Part shown: one piece after another, positions 36,070 through 48,375 of the stretch
Layout of the letters: every line of letters starts with the position of its first letter
Position numbering within the stretch: the stretch's first letter is position 1
Assembly: GCF_003704095.1 (NCBI RefSeq)
Contig: NW_020846445.1
Span: forward strand, 1-64,000
Reading direction: 5' to 3'
Origin: Pocillopora damicornis
Lineage: Eukaryota
Length of the DNA stretch: 64,000 nucleotides
Program-made: the position numbers and the translations under genes
The notes under the pieces: generated by a model
What the model saw: only the letters and a program-made list of their open reading frames with translations
Told to the model about the DNA's origin: nothing
Database searches by the model: none

Positions 36070-36080
36070 CAAGATGGCGG
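36070..36080 (+). promoter_or_regulatory. YY1-type motif CAAGATGGCGG just upstream of the ATPAF2 start
   Basis: Match to the YY1 consensus typical of housekeeping transcription starts, 56-66 nt before the ATG at 36136. Confidence 0.5.
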
Positions 36081-36135
36081 ACGAAGATGTCGGTATATCC
36101 AGTGTGTGATTTCTTCGGATCCAAATACCGTAATT

Positions 36136-39100
36136 ATGCCTGGGATTTTCAGATTCGGAGTCCTTCCTATGATCAGACAAAATTTCTTGCTAGACAACCA
36201 GTTTTCTACATACCAACGATGTAATTTGACGATATGCGCCATAGCAGTCAAAAGAAACCTGTCTTCTTTTCGAGGTGAGCGCGCACAATCGTATGCGGTT
36301 GGTTTAACAGTCGGTTTTGGTGGTTGTATTGTTTATATATCAATACGCAGATGAAGTAGTCCCAGAACCTTCTGAGAAACACGATTGTGTCCCAAGTGAC
36401 AAAGTATTGTTATTTCCAACGCGTCCAAGCAAGCCACCAGATTTCACAGGTTTTCGATAACTAAAGCATATGCACTTGCATATGAAAATGTTGCTAAATT
36501 TCTTAGACTTGAATCAAGGGAGGATGCTTTTAGTTTGTTTTGAAAGCGCTCTTCACTGGCTCACTGTACCCCATTCTCTAGCGCCCCCCACCCACCTTCG
36601 TTTGTCGTAGTAGTGGGATAGATCCCTGTCTTTTCTTTTCTTTTTCACGTGGATTTTGTGTCTGGGTTGTGGTGTTTCTATCTAGGAGCTGGCTTCAAAT
36701 TGTGGATGGAAGCCCAGAAAAGTTTTTTTGGTACTTATCCTGGACTTAGTGATTCATGCATTAACATTACGTTTGCTGCGTAATTTTCAGAGAGAAAACG
36801 GTTTTATAACAAAGCAGGTATCGAGGAAGCTGAAGGTAACATTTTCATATTCCTCTAACAAGGTTAACTGAATTCAGCAGGTAAAAAAATATTTTTGAAT
36901 AATTTTTTTATTTTCAACATATAGTATCTAAATAAATATATTATATTCTTCTTTTAGCTGCATTTTTGTGTCATGTTTCCACTGCATCTTCAACTGTGTT
37001 CTTTTTTTATTGACTGAAGCCATAGTGTTTGTCAGTCAGGATCTTGTTCCCAAAAGACTCTCCTACATAAATGATGCATAACATCATGAAAAAATACCAA
37101 GTCTTAGACTAAATGTGGAATTTTTTTAAATATTTCATTTTGCTAGATATTGTTTCAGCTGACAAAACACTATTTAACAATTGAGAAAACTACAAAAGAA
37201 TGTTGGTCTGGCTTTGAGTACATGTTCTACTGCCAGCCATTAATGTCTTGACTTTTATTATCCATCAATCTAATGTATAAGTCGTATATCTCTTAAGGTG
37301 GTTATCAGATCACAGTGGACAACAAAAAGGTGAAAACACCAGCTGGAAATCTTCTTGTTGTTCTCAGTAAACCTTTGGCCATGGCAGTATCTGTAGAGTG
37401 GAATTCACAGGTTGACACCATCAAACCAGCAAATATGCATCTGGTAATTAAACAGCTGTTAATGCTTTGTGCATTATATTTTGTTGTTGTTGTTTAGGCT
37501 GATAGGAAGCCTTGTTGTGATAATAATTTATTGCTATTTAAGCAAGAAGGAAGTCATTAACCAGAATTGTAGTGAGGCATCTTAAAAGGGAGGACAAGCC
37601 AGTGTTACATAATATACAAGCTCAAGAATCATTCAACAAGCTGACATATTTGATTTATGGTTGGAGTGGGTGGAGAGGGAAGGTAGTAGGCTGGGGGCTA
37701 TAAGAATGAGAGTCACCCTCTGGGTAATTGTGACTCATTGCAAAACAATATCCACTTGTACATTTACAACTGTATAATTGGTACAGTTTAACCAACTTTT
37801 CCCTCATAGTGTATATTATTTTGTTTATATATCTTTGCTTTATTTCTTTTGTTTTGTTTTTTTTATTCTTCATTTACCTGCTGCTACCTGCAACTTAAAA
37901 TGTACAGGAAGCCTACAAGTTTATTTAGCTCTCTGGTTCACAATGTATCATTACAATCTAAATAATGGTAAAAACATTCTTATTCAATTAAAAATATTGC
38001 AAAATAGAATTATTACCGGTATTATTGAATATAATTGATTTCTGTGAATAAAGTGTTTGTCTTGTCTTTTTTCTAGTGTAGCTCATTTTGTTTTTCCATA
38101 GACTTCTCTCAGTAACACTGTGATTGACAATCCACGGACAAGAAATCATGATCAGCAAATTTCACACATTTTAGAATTTTTGAGCTCGGACAGTATTTGG
38201 TATGCCATAAGAATCTCTGCAATTTTTGTTTACTAATACTTTTAAAGAAGTTATTGTGGTCTTCATATAACATTAATTTAACAGTTGCACAATTGTTTAG
38301 TCTGAATCAGTAGTTATTTATCTAAGAAGTAAATAGTACTATGGTACATTATCATTGTTGGCTATCATTCACAATCACTAATTTTTAGAGTGACTGGCAT
38401 CTAATTTCTCCTTACAATATCACCTCAGAATCACATTTGAAGATCAGATGGTTAGAATAAAGGAAATGATCACAAATTAAAGAAGCTCTTGATTGTGAAA
38501 CAAATTCTCCTTTCAAAACTATAGGACATCAGTATTGAGAAGAGTATGGAGAATATGCATACTTATGTTGGAGTCTAAAGGATTAATCATGTGATTTCTT
38601 CTAAACTCTGCAGCTTTTTTGCGGATGAACCTGAAGAGTTAGTGGATCTACAAAGAAAGGAATGGATACCTATCATGGAATGGTTTAACAACAAGTAAAA
38701 CAAATTTTGCTGTTATTAATGACTTCGTTATCATGAGCATTGGTCATTACAAACTGTCCCATGGGAAAATTTCTGTTAATTAGCAAAATATGGCATTGTT
38801 TTACTGCAGAGTAGTTCTGAAAGGAGAATTTTTTTACAGTGACTGATGTTTTGACAACCTGAGGGGAGGGTATCATTGGAGTTGAGTGAACTACAAAGTT
38901 TTTTAATCCACTTGATTGGACCAATAAATCTTTTTCTTGACTCTTAGGATGTCTTCTGCTCAGGTGGTTCAAGAATCACTCCTTCTTAATGATAACAGAG
39001 GCTTTCAAGACTACACTTATTCAGATGCTCATACTACATGGTCATATCAATTACTTTGTATCTTTAGATCAACGAATTGATAATAACTGGTAAATGCGTT

Positions 39101-40721
39101 CTAATTTAGGTACTAATTTGTTATTACCTTTGAAGGTATTCAGTACCTGTTGAACCAAGTCATGGTCTGCTTGCGGCGACCATACCAGACGATGCCGAGG
39201 AACGACTAAAGGCTCATCTGACACCACTTGACAGCTGGTCCCTAACCGGTAAGTATGTCGGCGAAGTGACCAAGGATGTCTGCGAAGAGACTGGTATGTC
39301 GGCGAGTTGACCAAAGGCGACCGTCGACGAGTTGACCAAAGGTGTTGCGAGAAAAGTAATTGTGTCGGCGAGGTGACCAAAGGTGTCGCGAGAAAACTAA
39401 TTGTGTCAGCGAGGTGACCAAAGGTGTTGCGAGAAAACTAATTGTGTCGGCGAGGTGACCAAAGGTGTCGCGAGAAAACTAATTGTGTCGGCGAGGTGAC
39501 CAAAGGTGTCGCGAGAAAACTAATTGTGTTGGCGAGGTGACCAAAGGTGTCGCGAATGGATTAATTGTGTTGACGAGCTGGTGGTCGGCGAAGTGACCCG
39601 GTACCCCGACAACAGTCCTTTTCAGGACTACTCGCACCTGAACGATCAAATTTCATGGTCCAATAAAATCACATGTAACTGTTAAACTCGTGGTCATCCA
39701 GACATCTTCAGGGGTCGATTAATAGTTTTCATACTCACTTAAAGTTTTTGCATCATTTTGAGAAATCAGTGTCAAATGTAGCGGGAAATCTCTAGCGCAC
39801 GATGTTGAATATTATTTCTAAAACTTGTTCTCTTTATTCGACAGGCCTCGAATTTGCTGTGGAAACATTGAAGTCGTTTATTCTTACAATGGCACTCATC
39901 GAAAATCACCTCACAGTGGAAAAAGCTGTTCATTTGTCCAGACTAGAGCTAGAATTTCAGGTCTGTTGTTTCACCATTATTCGTCATTGATTGCTGGAAT
40001 GGACTACTCACTCGTGTTACTTAAATCAATCGTATTTACTCATTAAACTACAAGAAAGTAGTGTACATTTGGTGGGAACAATTAGTTATGCTTTAGACTA
40101 TAATAAGGTGCAGGGTAGTGAAATGTGAAGGAATGCACTGTTTGGTAATGTGTCTCAAAAGAAACAACTTACTACAATTCTATAATATTCTGATGAAAGG
40201 GCGCTGCATTTAAACAGGAGCGCTGGGGCAAACGGTAATCCATGATTTTTGCAGCTACATTTTTCTCCTTCAAATTTGACTCATGGTAGGGAAGACAAGC
40301 GGGGGCGGAGGAGGGGACGAAGGATTGGGAATGCGAACGTTTCTTCCCCAAAAAATCCTTATGTTTCGCCTGTCATGCGAGGCAAACATATTTACTTATT
40401 TCTTAATCTCATTGTGCGCCCTTGCGCCCTTAGTTTCTTCAAACCGAGCTTCTGGCGCAAGCGGAGAAAAAATCCTTGTAAAAGTGTAGGAAAGCATCAC
40501 CCTTGCCCTCGATTTTGTTTTTCTTTGGTATGGTTTTGGAATTGAAGTGTGCACTCGGTTATTACAAACTGTGTTTTTCTTCTTTACTGCAGATAAGCCG
40601 GTGGGGTAGTGTGGAATGGGCGCACGATCTGGAGTTGATGGAGACCAGGAGTAGGGTGGCTGCCGCTGTTTTGTTTTACAGTCTAAATAACAGACGTAGA
40701 ACTTTACCATCAAGTTCATAA
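36136..40721 (+). CDS. ATPAF2: ATP synthase mitochondrial F1 complex assembly factor 2 (ATP12 family), 8 exons, 288 aa
   Basis: Exons 36136-36274, 36791-36835, 37298-37443, 38102-38199, 38614-38694, 39136-39248, 39845-39960, 40593-40721; GT-AG and in phase (867 nt). Transit-peptide-like N-terminus; motifs RKRFY, D.KKVKTP.G, LAMAVSVEW, MHLTSL.NTVIDNP, LSRLELEFQISRWGSVEWAHD. Confidence 0.97.
39255..39606. repeat. 41-bp minisatellite (~5.5 copies) plus shorter GTCGGCGA..TGACC cores in ATPAF2 intron 6
   Basis: Unit GTCGGCGAGGTGACCAAAGGTGTCGCGAGAAAACTAATTGT starts at 39364, 39405, 39446, 39487 and 39528. Confidence 0.93.
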
Positions 40722-41321
40722 TCATCTCTCTTTCTAGAGCATCAACATATTTTGCTCCTCTTGATGTGTGTCGACAGTGCTTAAGACTCCTTTGTAGGAT
40801 CCGGACCGCGTCAGGATAACTTTCTAACCGAAAAAAATGGTATTTTTACGGCCGGAAAATGTACTAGAAATTGAAAGAGCTTGTTAGTTTTGTTACTTGT
40901 TAGTTAGAGTATCCATGGTTAATGTAATCCATATTTAATAGTTTGAAACCTTACTGTTGAGTTTTTTTCTTTGAAATTCCTTTTGAGCCTTACAGCTAAC
41001 TGATTTCTATTTTTTTCCTTAAAATTTTCAGATCGACCTTTTACATTTACGAGCAAGCAAAAAAAAATCATACAAAATATTTAATCGCACATAGTATGTC
41101 TAACTGACTCATTAAAATCCCATCTAACAAATGTTCTGAGTCAACTTTGATAGGTCACACTTTGCTTTTTCACGTGTAGTTTTCATCCGTCACTGTTTGT
41201 TATAGGATTCAGATGTGTATACCTGGTCATCCTTGAAGATTGATCCAACATTAATTTACCTAAGAGAGATAGGCTGGGCTTTACGTCAACGGGAACGGAT
41301 CGGGTAACGTTATCAGAATTT

Positions 41322-42610
41322 TTACCTGGGAACTGAAAACAAAATTTCAGGAAACTGTCCTCTTTCTATATCGGTTCCATTAGAGTTTTCTGCCGAACAA
41401 CGAAATGTAAATCGCACTCCCTGGCACTTCACTGATGTTTGCCCTTGATGATAGACTTTATCTTATACTCTTTATTTGCCTTCAAAATAATTGGACGATC
41501 GAACAACACATCAAAGCCGTAATAAGTACTAGTATAGCTTTTCTTTGAGACATAATTTCCTCCTCGACTCACAAGCAAATTGTTGTCAAGGGGATCAATA
41601 ATGTCTGTCTTAACTGTATACTCTTCGCGTTCGGAGCCAAAATGTTGAACTCCGTGTAAAATAATAGGTTTGTTGACGGTGAGAAGGATACAGTCAGGGC
41701 CGTTGTAATTATAAATCCAGCCTGAGAGAAACGTCTTAAACCTCTGACATCGTTGCTTAGAGAAAATACCTCTACAGGCTTGTACGAACTGTAAAGGATT
41801 ATTCAAAAAATTGTTGTAGTGTTTTATCAAGTTGCAGAATTCTTCATGATTCAAGAGATGAGAGTCAAATACGACAGATGCAAAATCTTTCTCTTCCATC
41901 AACGGAAACCGTATTCCGTTAACAATATCTTCTCCAAGAATTTGTCTCTTTGTCCTTCCATCGGAGGTCATCCCTTGCCTTTCACATTCTTTTATGGCCC
42001 AACGATCAACAGCTTTGAACAGTTCCACTTCCCTCACATTCAACACTTCTCTCTTTACAACAGATTCAACAACAGACCGATCAACTGCAACAAATTCGTC
42101 TGACGTCACAGCTTCTTCTGTCTGCTCTTCAATCACTTTCCAGCATCGATCTTTCAAATCTTTATCTTCAAATATCTGTGCGTGCGGCAGAATTAAAAAC
42201 ACATTCGATGCTTTCAGGTTGTCTCGAAGATATTCTGTACATTTCTTAGCGAGTGAGGGTACTATGTACTTGTTCGCTAAGTACAACACTTGCATCACGT
42301 TATTTCCGCTTAAATTTACTTTGTCGCTGTACAAGAAACGAAATAACTCCAACAGACTCTCGTACTCACAGTCAGGCAGTTCAATAGGGTCTTTAGTCTC
42401 CGCCATACGACCATAGAACATGGCGAAGAACACAGGACTATTAATGGCGAGCACAAACTTGTGAGCTGGGATCGCCTTCTTACTTTCACCTCCGCCATTC
42501 GGGAGTGAAACAACAAATTTTACATCGCTGAGTAACTCGTTGTTAAATATAAACGCGGTTTTCTCTACCGTAGTTGATAGTTTCGTCTGCCAGTTCTCTT
42601 CAGCCGCCAT
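41322..42610 (-). pseudogene. BTB-BACK-PHR gene, copy 9, with a late frameshift truncating the PHR domain
   Basis: ATG at 42610; ORF stops at 41429 (IKGKHQ*). The missing tail TSVKCQGVRFTFRCSAENSNGTDIERGQFPEILFSVPR* lies in another frame down to 41322, and the P.SWYG.E segment seen in paralogues is absent. Confidence 0.87.
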
Positions 42611-43947
42611 CACTTTGTTTCACCCTCTCTTAACAGATGTCTGCCGATACAGTGAAGATATAGTGAGCTTACTTTGTGCAAATATTATGGAAAGCGAAAT
42701 CTGAGTTTGCTACCGCTGACTTGTCGTCACAACAGGCTCACTTGCTTAATTGCTCACTTTTGTCACTCAAACTAAGTGAATGAACATTCACGGCGTGAAC
42801 GTTTTGTGTTTTAAAGACCTCAATCCGATTTTTGCTTTTGATCTCATCTGCTTCTTCCAGGTGAATTTTATTAAAACTTGCAGAATTTTAATCTGACAAA
42901 AGCAAAGTCTTATCGAATTACCAGCCGCTAGAGAAGTGATAGCGGGGCTAATGAAGGACGGTGTGAATGACAGAAAGGAAAGGATAGTTTAACGATGAAA
43001 TTCACACGGTCTCTTTACTGCTACCGTCTCTCTCTTCAAGTGTACCCATTTTCAACCAGCACCAAACCTTGAATTGACGTCCAGAATGTAAATGTTGTGA
43101 TAACGATCCGTCAGCTTTAGAAACTCTCAGTACGGTGGCTAATTTACATAATAAACCCAGTTGGTAAAACCAAATTTTCTTTGTAATACCCCGCTTCCCA
43201 CCCACCATTTTGATCGACTTTGACGGTACTGCGAGGAGCTTCCAGGAGGAGCGTAACTTTACTCAAACTCGCCTCGTGCGTCAGAGGGTGGAATGGACAC
43301 TAATCGCATAGAACCTTGTCAGTAAGTTGCATTTACATAAACGGACTTGAGACAAACTGAAGGTAAAGTAAAATAAAACTTTGAAAGCTCCTTAGCTTCC
43401 ATGGGCCATTACACAATGCCACGAGAAATTCATCATTGACTCACGATTATTGGTTAGAATTGTTGCTGCGAAATACCACTCTGAGACAAAAATTTCGTTT
43501 GGTTTAGAGTCCAAGAAAGGAAGAAACAAGATTTGCTACACTTGTAAATTAGATTTTGTTAAGAGAGACGACTTGTTAAAATTGTGGGGTTCGGAGCTTT
43601 GAGTGAGAAATTAGTACAATTAAAGCTTATAAACAACCCATAAGTCTTGGAGTGTTGATTAAAGGACAAGTAAGCTTTCACTTTCAAACACAAAGAGGAT
43701 TTGCGGATTAACAGCACTTATAAATAAGTAAGAAAATCAAACTGAGTTTATTCCTTAGAAAAAAGATCTCACCTTCAACAAAAAAGTACTCATACATAAA
43801 TTACTGACGACGGACAAATCAAGAAAACAGCTGCCATTGGAAACACGAAAATCGCATTTCCAGCAAACATGTTATACCATCATTGAAGAGGACCTGTCGG
43901 CCTAAATAAATCCATTTTCTTAAAAATTGGCTGCCACTAATTCGGCG

Positions 43948-46900
43948 ATGAATTCCAAAATCGTTTGCCTTTTCATCTTGCTTCAAGAAAAAGTAAACGT
44001 TTCGGTTTGCACCGCCATCGGAAATAGTCCAATCTCTTTTTCTTCTTATTTTATGGTAAAAGAAAACTTGTGGCTTGAAGACAAAATCATTGAACAGCTC
44101 GAGTCTCCTGATATAGTCTCATGCAACCGGTTATGTATGAAAACGGCCTGGTGCACTTCAGCAAATTACAAAATGCCAACGTCGCAAGAGGGCATGGGAA
44201 CCTGTGAACTGAATAGGCACGGCGCCATCGATATGAACACACGAAATCTTCGGAAGCAACAAGGAGCCACTTTTTCTTTGCTTTTGAAGGTAAAGTGTCA
44301 AAATTACTTTTTACTTTTCAGCTTGTTAAAAGCCTGTTCTTTTAAATGCGTCATGTGGAAAAGGACGTTACAATAGCAAGAAAAATGTGACTTCATTGAT
44401 GTGTGCTTTTAAAACTGGGATTGGTTTGGAGAGAAGAGATAAGCACTTTAAAAGAGTCACAGCCGCAGATCAGCGTTGTAAAATTCTTTGTCTCAAACTT
44501 TTTTAATTTTCAGGGTTGTTTGCGGACTGGGTGTCTCAATGGTGGCTCGTGTATTTATTGCGAAAACTCATATGCATGTTCGTGCAAAGAACCGCAGACT
44601 GAAGAAAAGAAAGGAAGGACATTTGGTAAAGGAAATTTTATTGTTTGTTTACTGAAATACCCGTTTCCAGAATAGCCGTCGTTAAAGTTTTGGCAGTCCT
44701 CTGACGTGCCAAAATCTGACCGCGAATATCTCAGCCAAAAGTGTTTAAGTTAATCAAGTATTTACGTATTGTGGTGCTTTACTGAGTGAGGATCTTAATC
44801 GTTAAGCGTAAACTTGACAAAATCGAACCGTTGATTGTTAAAAAAAAGTTGATTTTCAAAATTTTGCATTAAGTTAGAATGGACAGAATTTAAACGTTAG
44901 CCTAAAACGGCCAAATTTTTAGCCGTTAGCCGTAAAAGCCATAACTCTATCAAGACTCACTTTAAACTACTGATATGAAAATGACAATTTTTGTAAAATG
45001 TGGAATTCTATTTATAACAATTAGTTGGAATTAGTGTTTTGTAGCTGTCCCTTTCGCCTTAATTAAACGACCACGATTAAGGTGTCAGAAAATTTTTAAG
45101 CGTTAGACTGTCTTATTAAAGCGCTTGAAAGAGGATAAGAGTGGGAACAGATTCAATAGGTATTGAATTTTTAATATCGGTGCTGTTCATGTTTTTCAAT
45201 GCAGTCATATGGTAAAGTTTTAAGTATCGCCTTTCGAGGATTTTGGGTTAAAAATAATTCACACCATTTAAGCAGTCTAATAACTGTTGTAATCATAAAA
45301 ATTTGTAAAATAAATAAAAGATTGTGATTAGTTAAAAAAAAACTCCTATTTTCCACTTATTTACTTGCCAAGTTGTTATCAGAAAGTTTGTTAACAGACA
45401 GTTCAATAAGCCAATCACATTCAAAAGTTTTAGTTTAAAGAAACCAATCACAACTTTGGTTTCAATCACCATAGAAACAGTGTCCAGATTCCGAAATTGA
45501 GGCTTTCTTCAAATTGGAGAATTTTTTTCTTTTTTCAGTCTTTCAATGTAAATTTTCCTCTTCTTTCATAACTTAGCTACTCTTCTTTTCTCAAAATTTA
45601 TAATTTTTTTATAATTAATTTTGTGTCTTCCAATTCGGTCCGTAATCATACCCGTTAACGCTGCGCGGTCGTCCGATTTTGAGTATCACTCATATGACTA
45701 CACACCGTATTGGACTACACTCAATCCTATTACCATTACTAACTGTGCTATGCACCTAGTCCCTTATACCGTTACATACACTGAGCCTGCTGATGTGAAA
45801 GTGCGCTGGGAAACATGCGCGCCGGCTCAATCAAGTCACTGAAGGAACTGCATGGATAGAGAGCGTGAATTTTAGTCTTTCATAGTCCTAAATGCAACGC
45901 AAAAAATTCAGGATAACATTACAACTTACTACCGTTACTATCGCTGTCGGATGGCAAAGCTTTCTCAACTCGAGGTGTATCTTCCATTCTAACTTGCTTG
46001 AGGCCTTTTTTTTTTTTTAACACTCGAGGAGTAGGTTGGGAGTCAAATAGGCCTGCTAATTCCTGCAAGCACATACGGGACGCTGGAGACTCCAGAGGAG
46101 ACGGGGAATACTGGATCGACCCTGAGAACAAAGGAAGCCCTTTGAAGGTCTATTGCGACATGACAACTGATGGAGGTGAGCGACAGATGTATTTTGAGGC
46201 ACTTTTTAGCTCGTGTTGAACGGGTGAGAGATATGAAATAAACCCCTCTTTTGGCGTGCCTTGACATCAACGATTAATTGGAATTCTATTGTTTGAGCAT
46301 CTTAAACAAAACAACATGGTCCTCAGACTAACGATATGTAGTAAGCGCCAGGGAAAAGAAATGTACCGGCTTCCGCTCGCCTCTCATATACCTCTCAAAT
46401 ACCTCTGTGCAGTAAGCGAATCGATCGGAAAAAAATCGTACTTAATTTTTCCGGTTTGCATCTAATCATAAAAGTTGTTTTCCTCACATACTTTTTCAAA
46501 ACTCTTTTCCTTACTAGCTATGAGCATAAAAGATATCCAATTAAAGGCAGCGGGGTCGAGAATACCAAGCACTTGCCCAACGTATGTCGTAGCGTCTTTT
46601 TCCCCACCGATGCCATCTTCAAACATTTACATACTACAAACTTATTCGAATTTTTTCACAAACTGAGCATATCTTCGCTCGATTAAAATATATCTCAATT
46701 GTTCAAGACCGGAGGCGTACACGTTCTTTTGATAAGCTAAGTTGTATTTCTTTGCTGTTTCAGGAGGCTGGCTTCTCGTTTCCAACCTTGTGATGGCCAA
46801 CTCAAGTCGGTCTGTTCCGCTGTTGGTTGAGTGGTCGTACCATGCTATCAGCCAATATCACAGGAACAACATGTTTCTGGCAAAAACGGCCATGAATGAG

Positions 46901-47308
46901 CTCAGAACATACTTGAATTTTACTCAGCTGAGATTCCATTGCAGCAAACGATCGAAGCGTACGTTCCACGTGACCACAGCCACCAATAGCATCGGAGAAG
47001 CTGTGGTCCAGTACTTTAGCGGTCAGACAGATGCGCGACCAAACTCGTGTAAATCTTTTGTCAGAATGGAAGACGACAACTCAAAATTAGCCAAGGTCTG
47101 CCGACAGTGGGGGTCTAAGGACTCTAGAAAGCGCTACGTTGGTAAATGGAGCTCATGTAATCGCAATGACAACAGATTGTACGATCATACTGTAATCGTC
47201 TGGTGGACCTATCACTGGAATATTCGGCCATCACAACGACGATTTGACTGCGACGATTTTGCACATACAGTGTCTGCCGGTGATTTCTGGAAAGTTTTTG
47301 TACGTTAG
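43948..47308 (+). CDS. Putative secreted PAN/apple - EGF-like - fibrinogen/COLFI-like protein A, 4 exons, 381 aa
   Basis: Exons 43948-44289, 44514-44625, 46029-46175, 46764-47308, in phase (1146 nt). PAN motif SC...C....WCTSANY...CELN; EGF-like CLNGGSC..CSC; PANSCKHI...GDGEYWIDP...KVYCDMTTDGGGWLLV; Trp-rich C-terminal domain. Confidence 0.85.
45290..45745 (-). repeat. Interspersed repeat, with an opposite-orientation relative at 52017-52340
   Basis: Shared blocks AACTTGGCAAGT.AAT.AGTGGAAAATA.GAGTTTTTT, AACCAATCACA and the GTAATCATAC-containing end. Confidence 0.7.
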
Positions 47309-48375
47309 AAATTTTGGGTATATTAGAAGTATTATTATTATTCAGAAGTCTTGTTTCAAAGTATTTAATCTTACTTAACATCGCTGTAGAGCAGTGTTCA
47401 ATTGAGTATTGCTTTGGTTTTACTTTACTTCGCTCTGTGATTGGTCCAGAAAACTGGCGCCTCCATCTCAACCAATCAAATACAAAACTAAAACCAACCT
47501 CAACTAGGTAACTCGCGTTTTCGCGCGCGTCCAGCAGGTTGCCTGCTTTTACTTCGAGTTCTCATCGGTTAATGATAATGTTGGCCTTTGTTCTGATTGA
47601 TAGTTGTGATTACGTTGGTTTTGGTTTTTTTGGCTGCTCTGTTAGTCATAAGAATTTACTTTAACCTCACTGAGTTTTTAAAGTTTCCCCTGTCTCAGTT
47701 CCTCAACGCCAGGCTACCAAGTCACTGAATATTAATCTCGTAGTCCGGCTGATCGTCAGGCAAATAATCATCTCTGAGTTGATTTTACATGTCTTGTATT
47801 ACCTAAGTAATACCTTTCTAATATAACATAAAGCATTAGAACTTTTAGCATTGTAACATTTACAGCAGTGCAAATAAAGTGCCCATACAAGAGGGAAAGT
47901 ATGACACCTTGTGTGAAGTGGTCTCTACCCAAAGTGCTTTCTGAGATCATCTTCTGTAAAAATCGTATTAAATGGACACTGAGATCAAATTGAGCTTGCG
48001 TTTGAACACAAAACCCGTCCAGCTTAAATGGAAACTTTAAGGACTTGCTAAGTTTTTGAATTGTGGGAATTCTGCACAGTTTTAAAACCTTCATAATTTC
48101 ACGATACTAATTAACTATTGATAAGATGTGAAGATAAGTAGTGATCCTAACAAAACACACTTACTTCGCCTCCAGCGACACCTGCTATTATAATTCTCCA
48201 AAAAGTGTCGCAATTGTTTCTTGCTTGCGGGGTTTCGCAATACGTTTTATGTTTTTGACAGAACTTTAGGTGTTGTCAAAGCTAGGTTGTTTGGGTTTAT
48301 TAGGAAACGGTCAAGAATCGTTTGTGAACGCTTGTTTTCTTGCTTGCATTTACGAATTCAGCTCATGTAGAAACT

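Noticed and set aside
35725-36224. ORFs 35725-36009 (-) and 35961-36224 (+) between Fringe and ATPAF2
   Set aside because: No recognisable motifs or splice support; the region is best explained as ATPAF2 promoter/5' UTR.
39255-39606. Regularly spaced repeats resembling a CRISPR array, and ORF 39069-39380
   Set aside because: Units are contiguous with no unique spacers, the context is a eukaryotic intron, and there are no cas genes. The ORF is a product of the repeat.
40190-40220. CTGATGA as another hammerhead core (also CTGACGA at ~33322)
   Set aside because: No stem II followed by GAAA.
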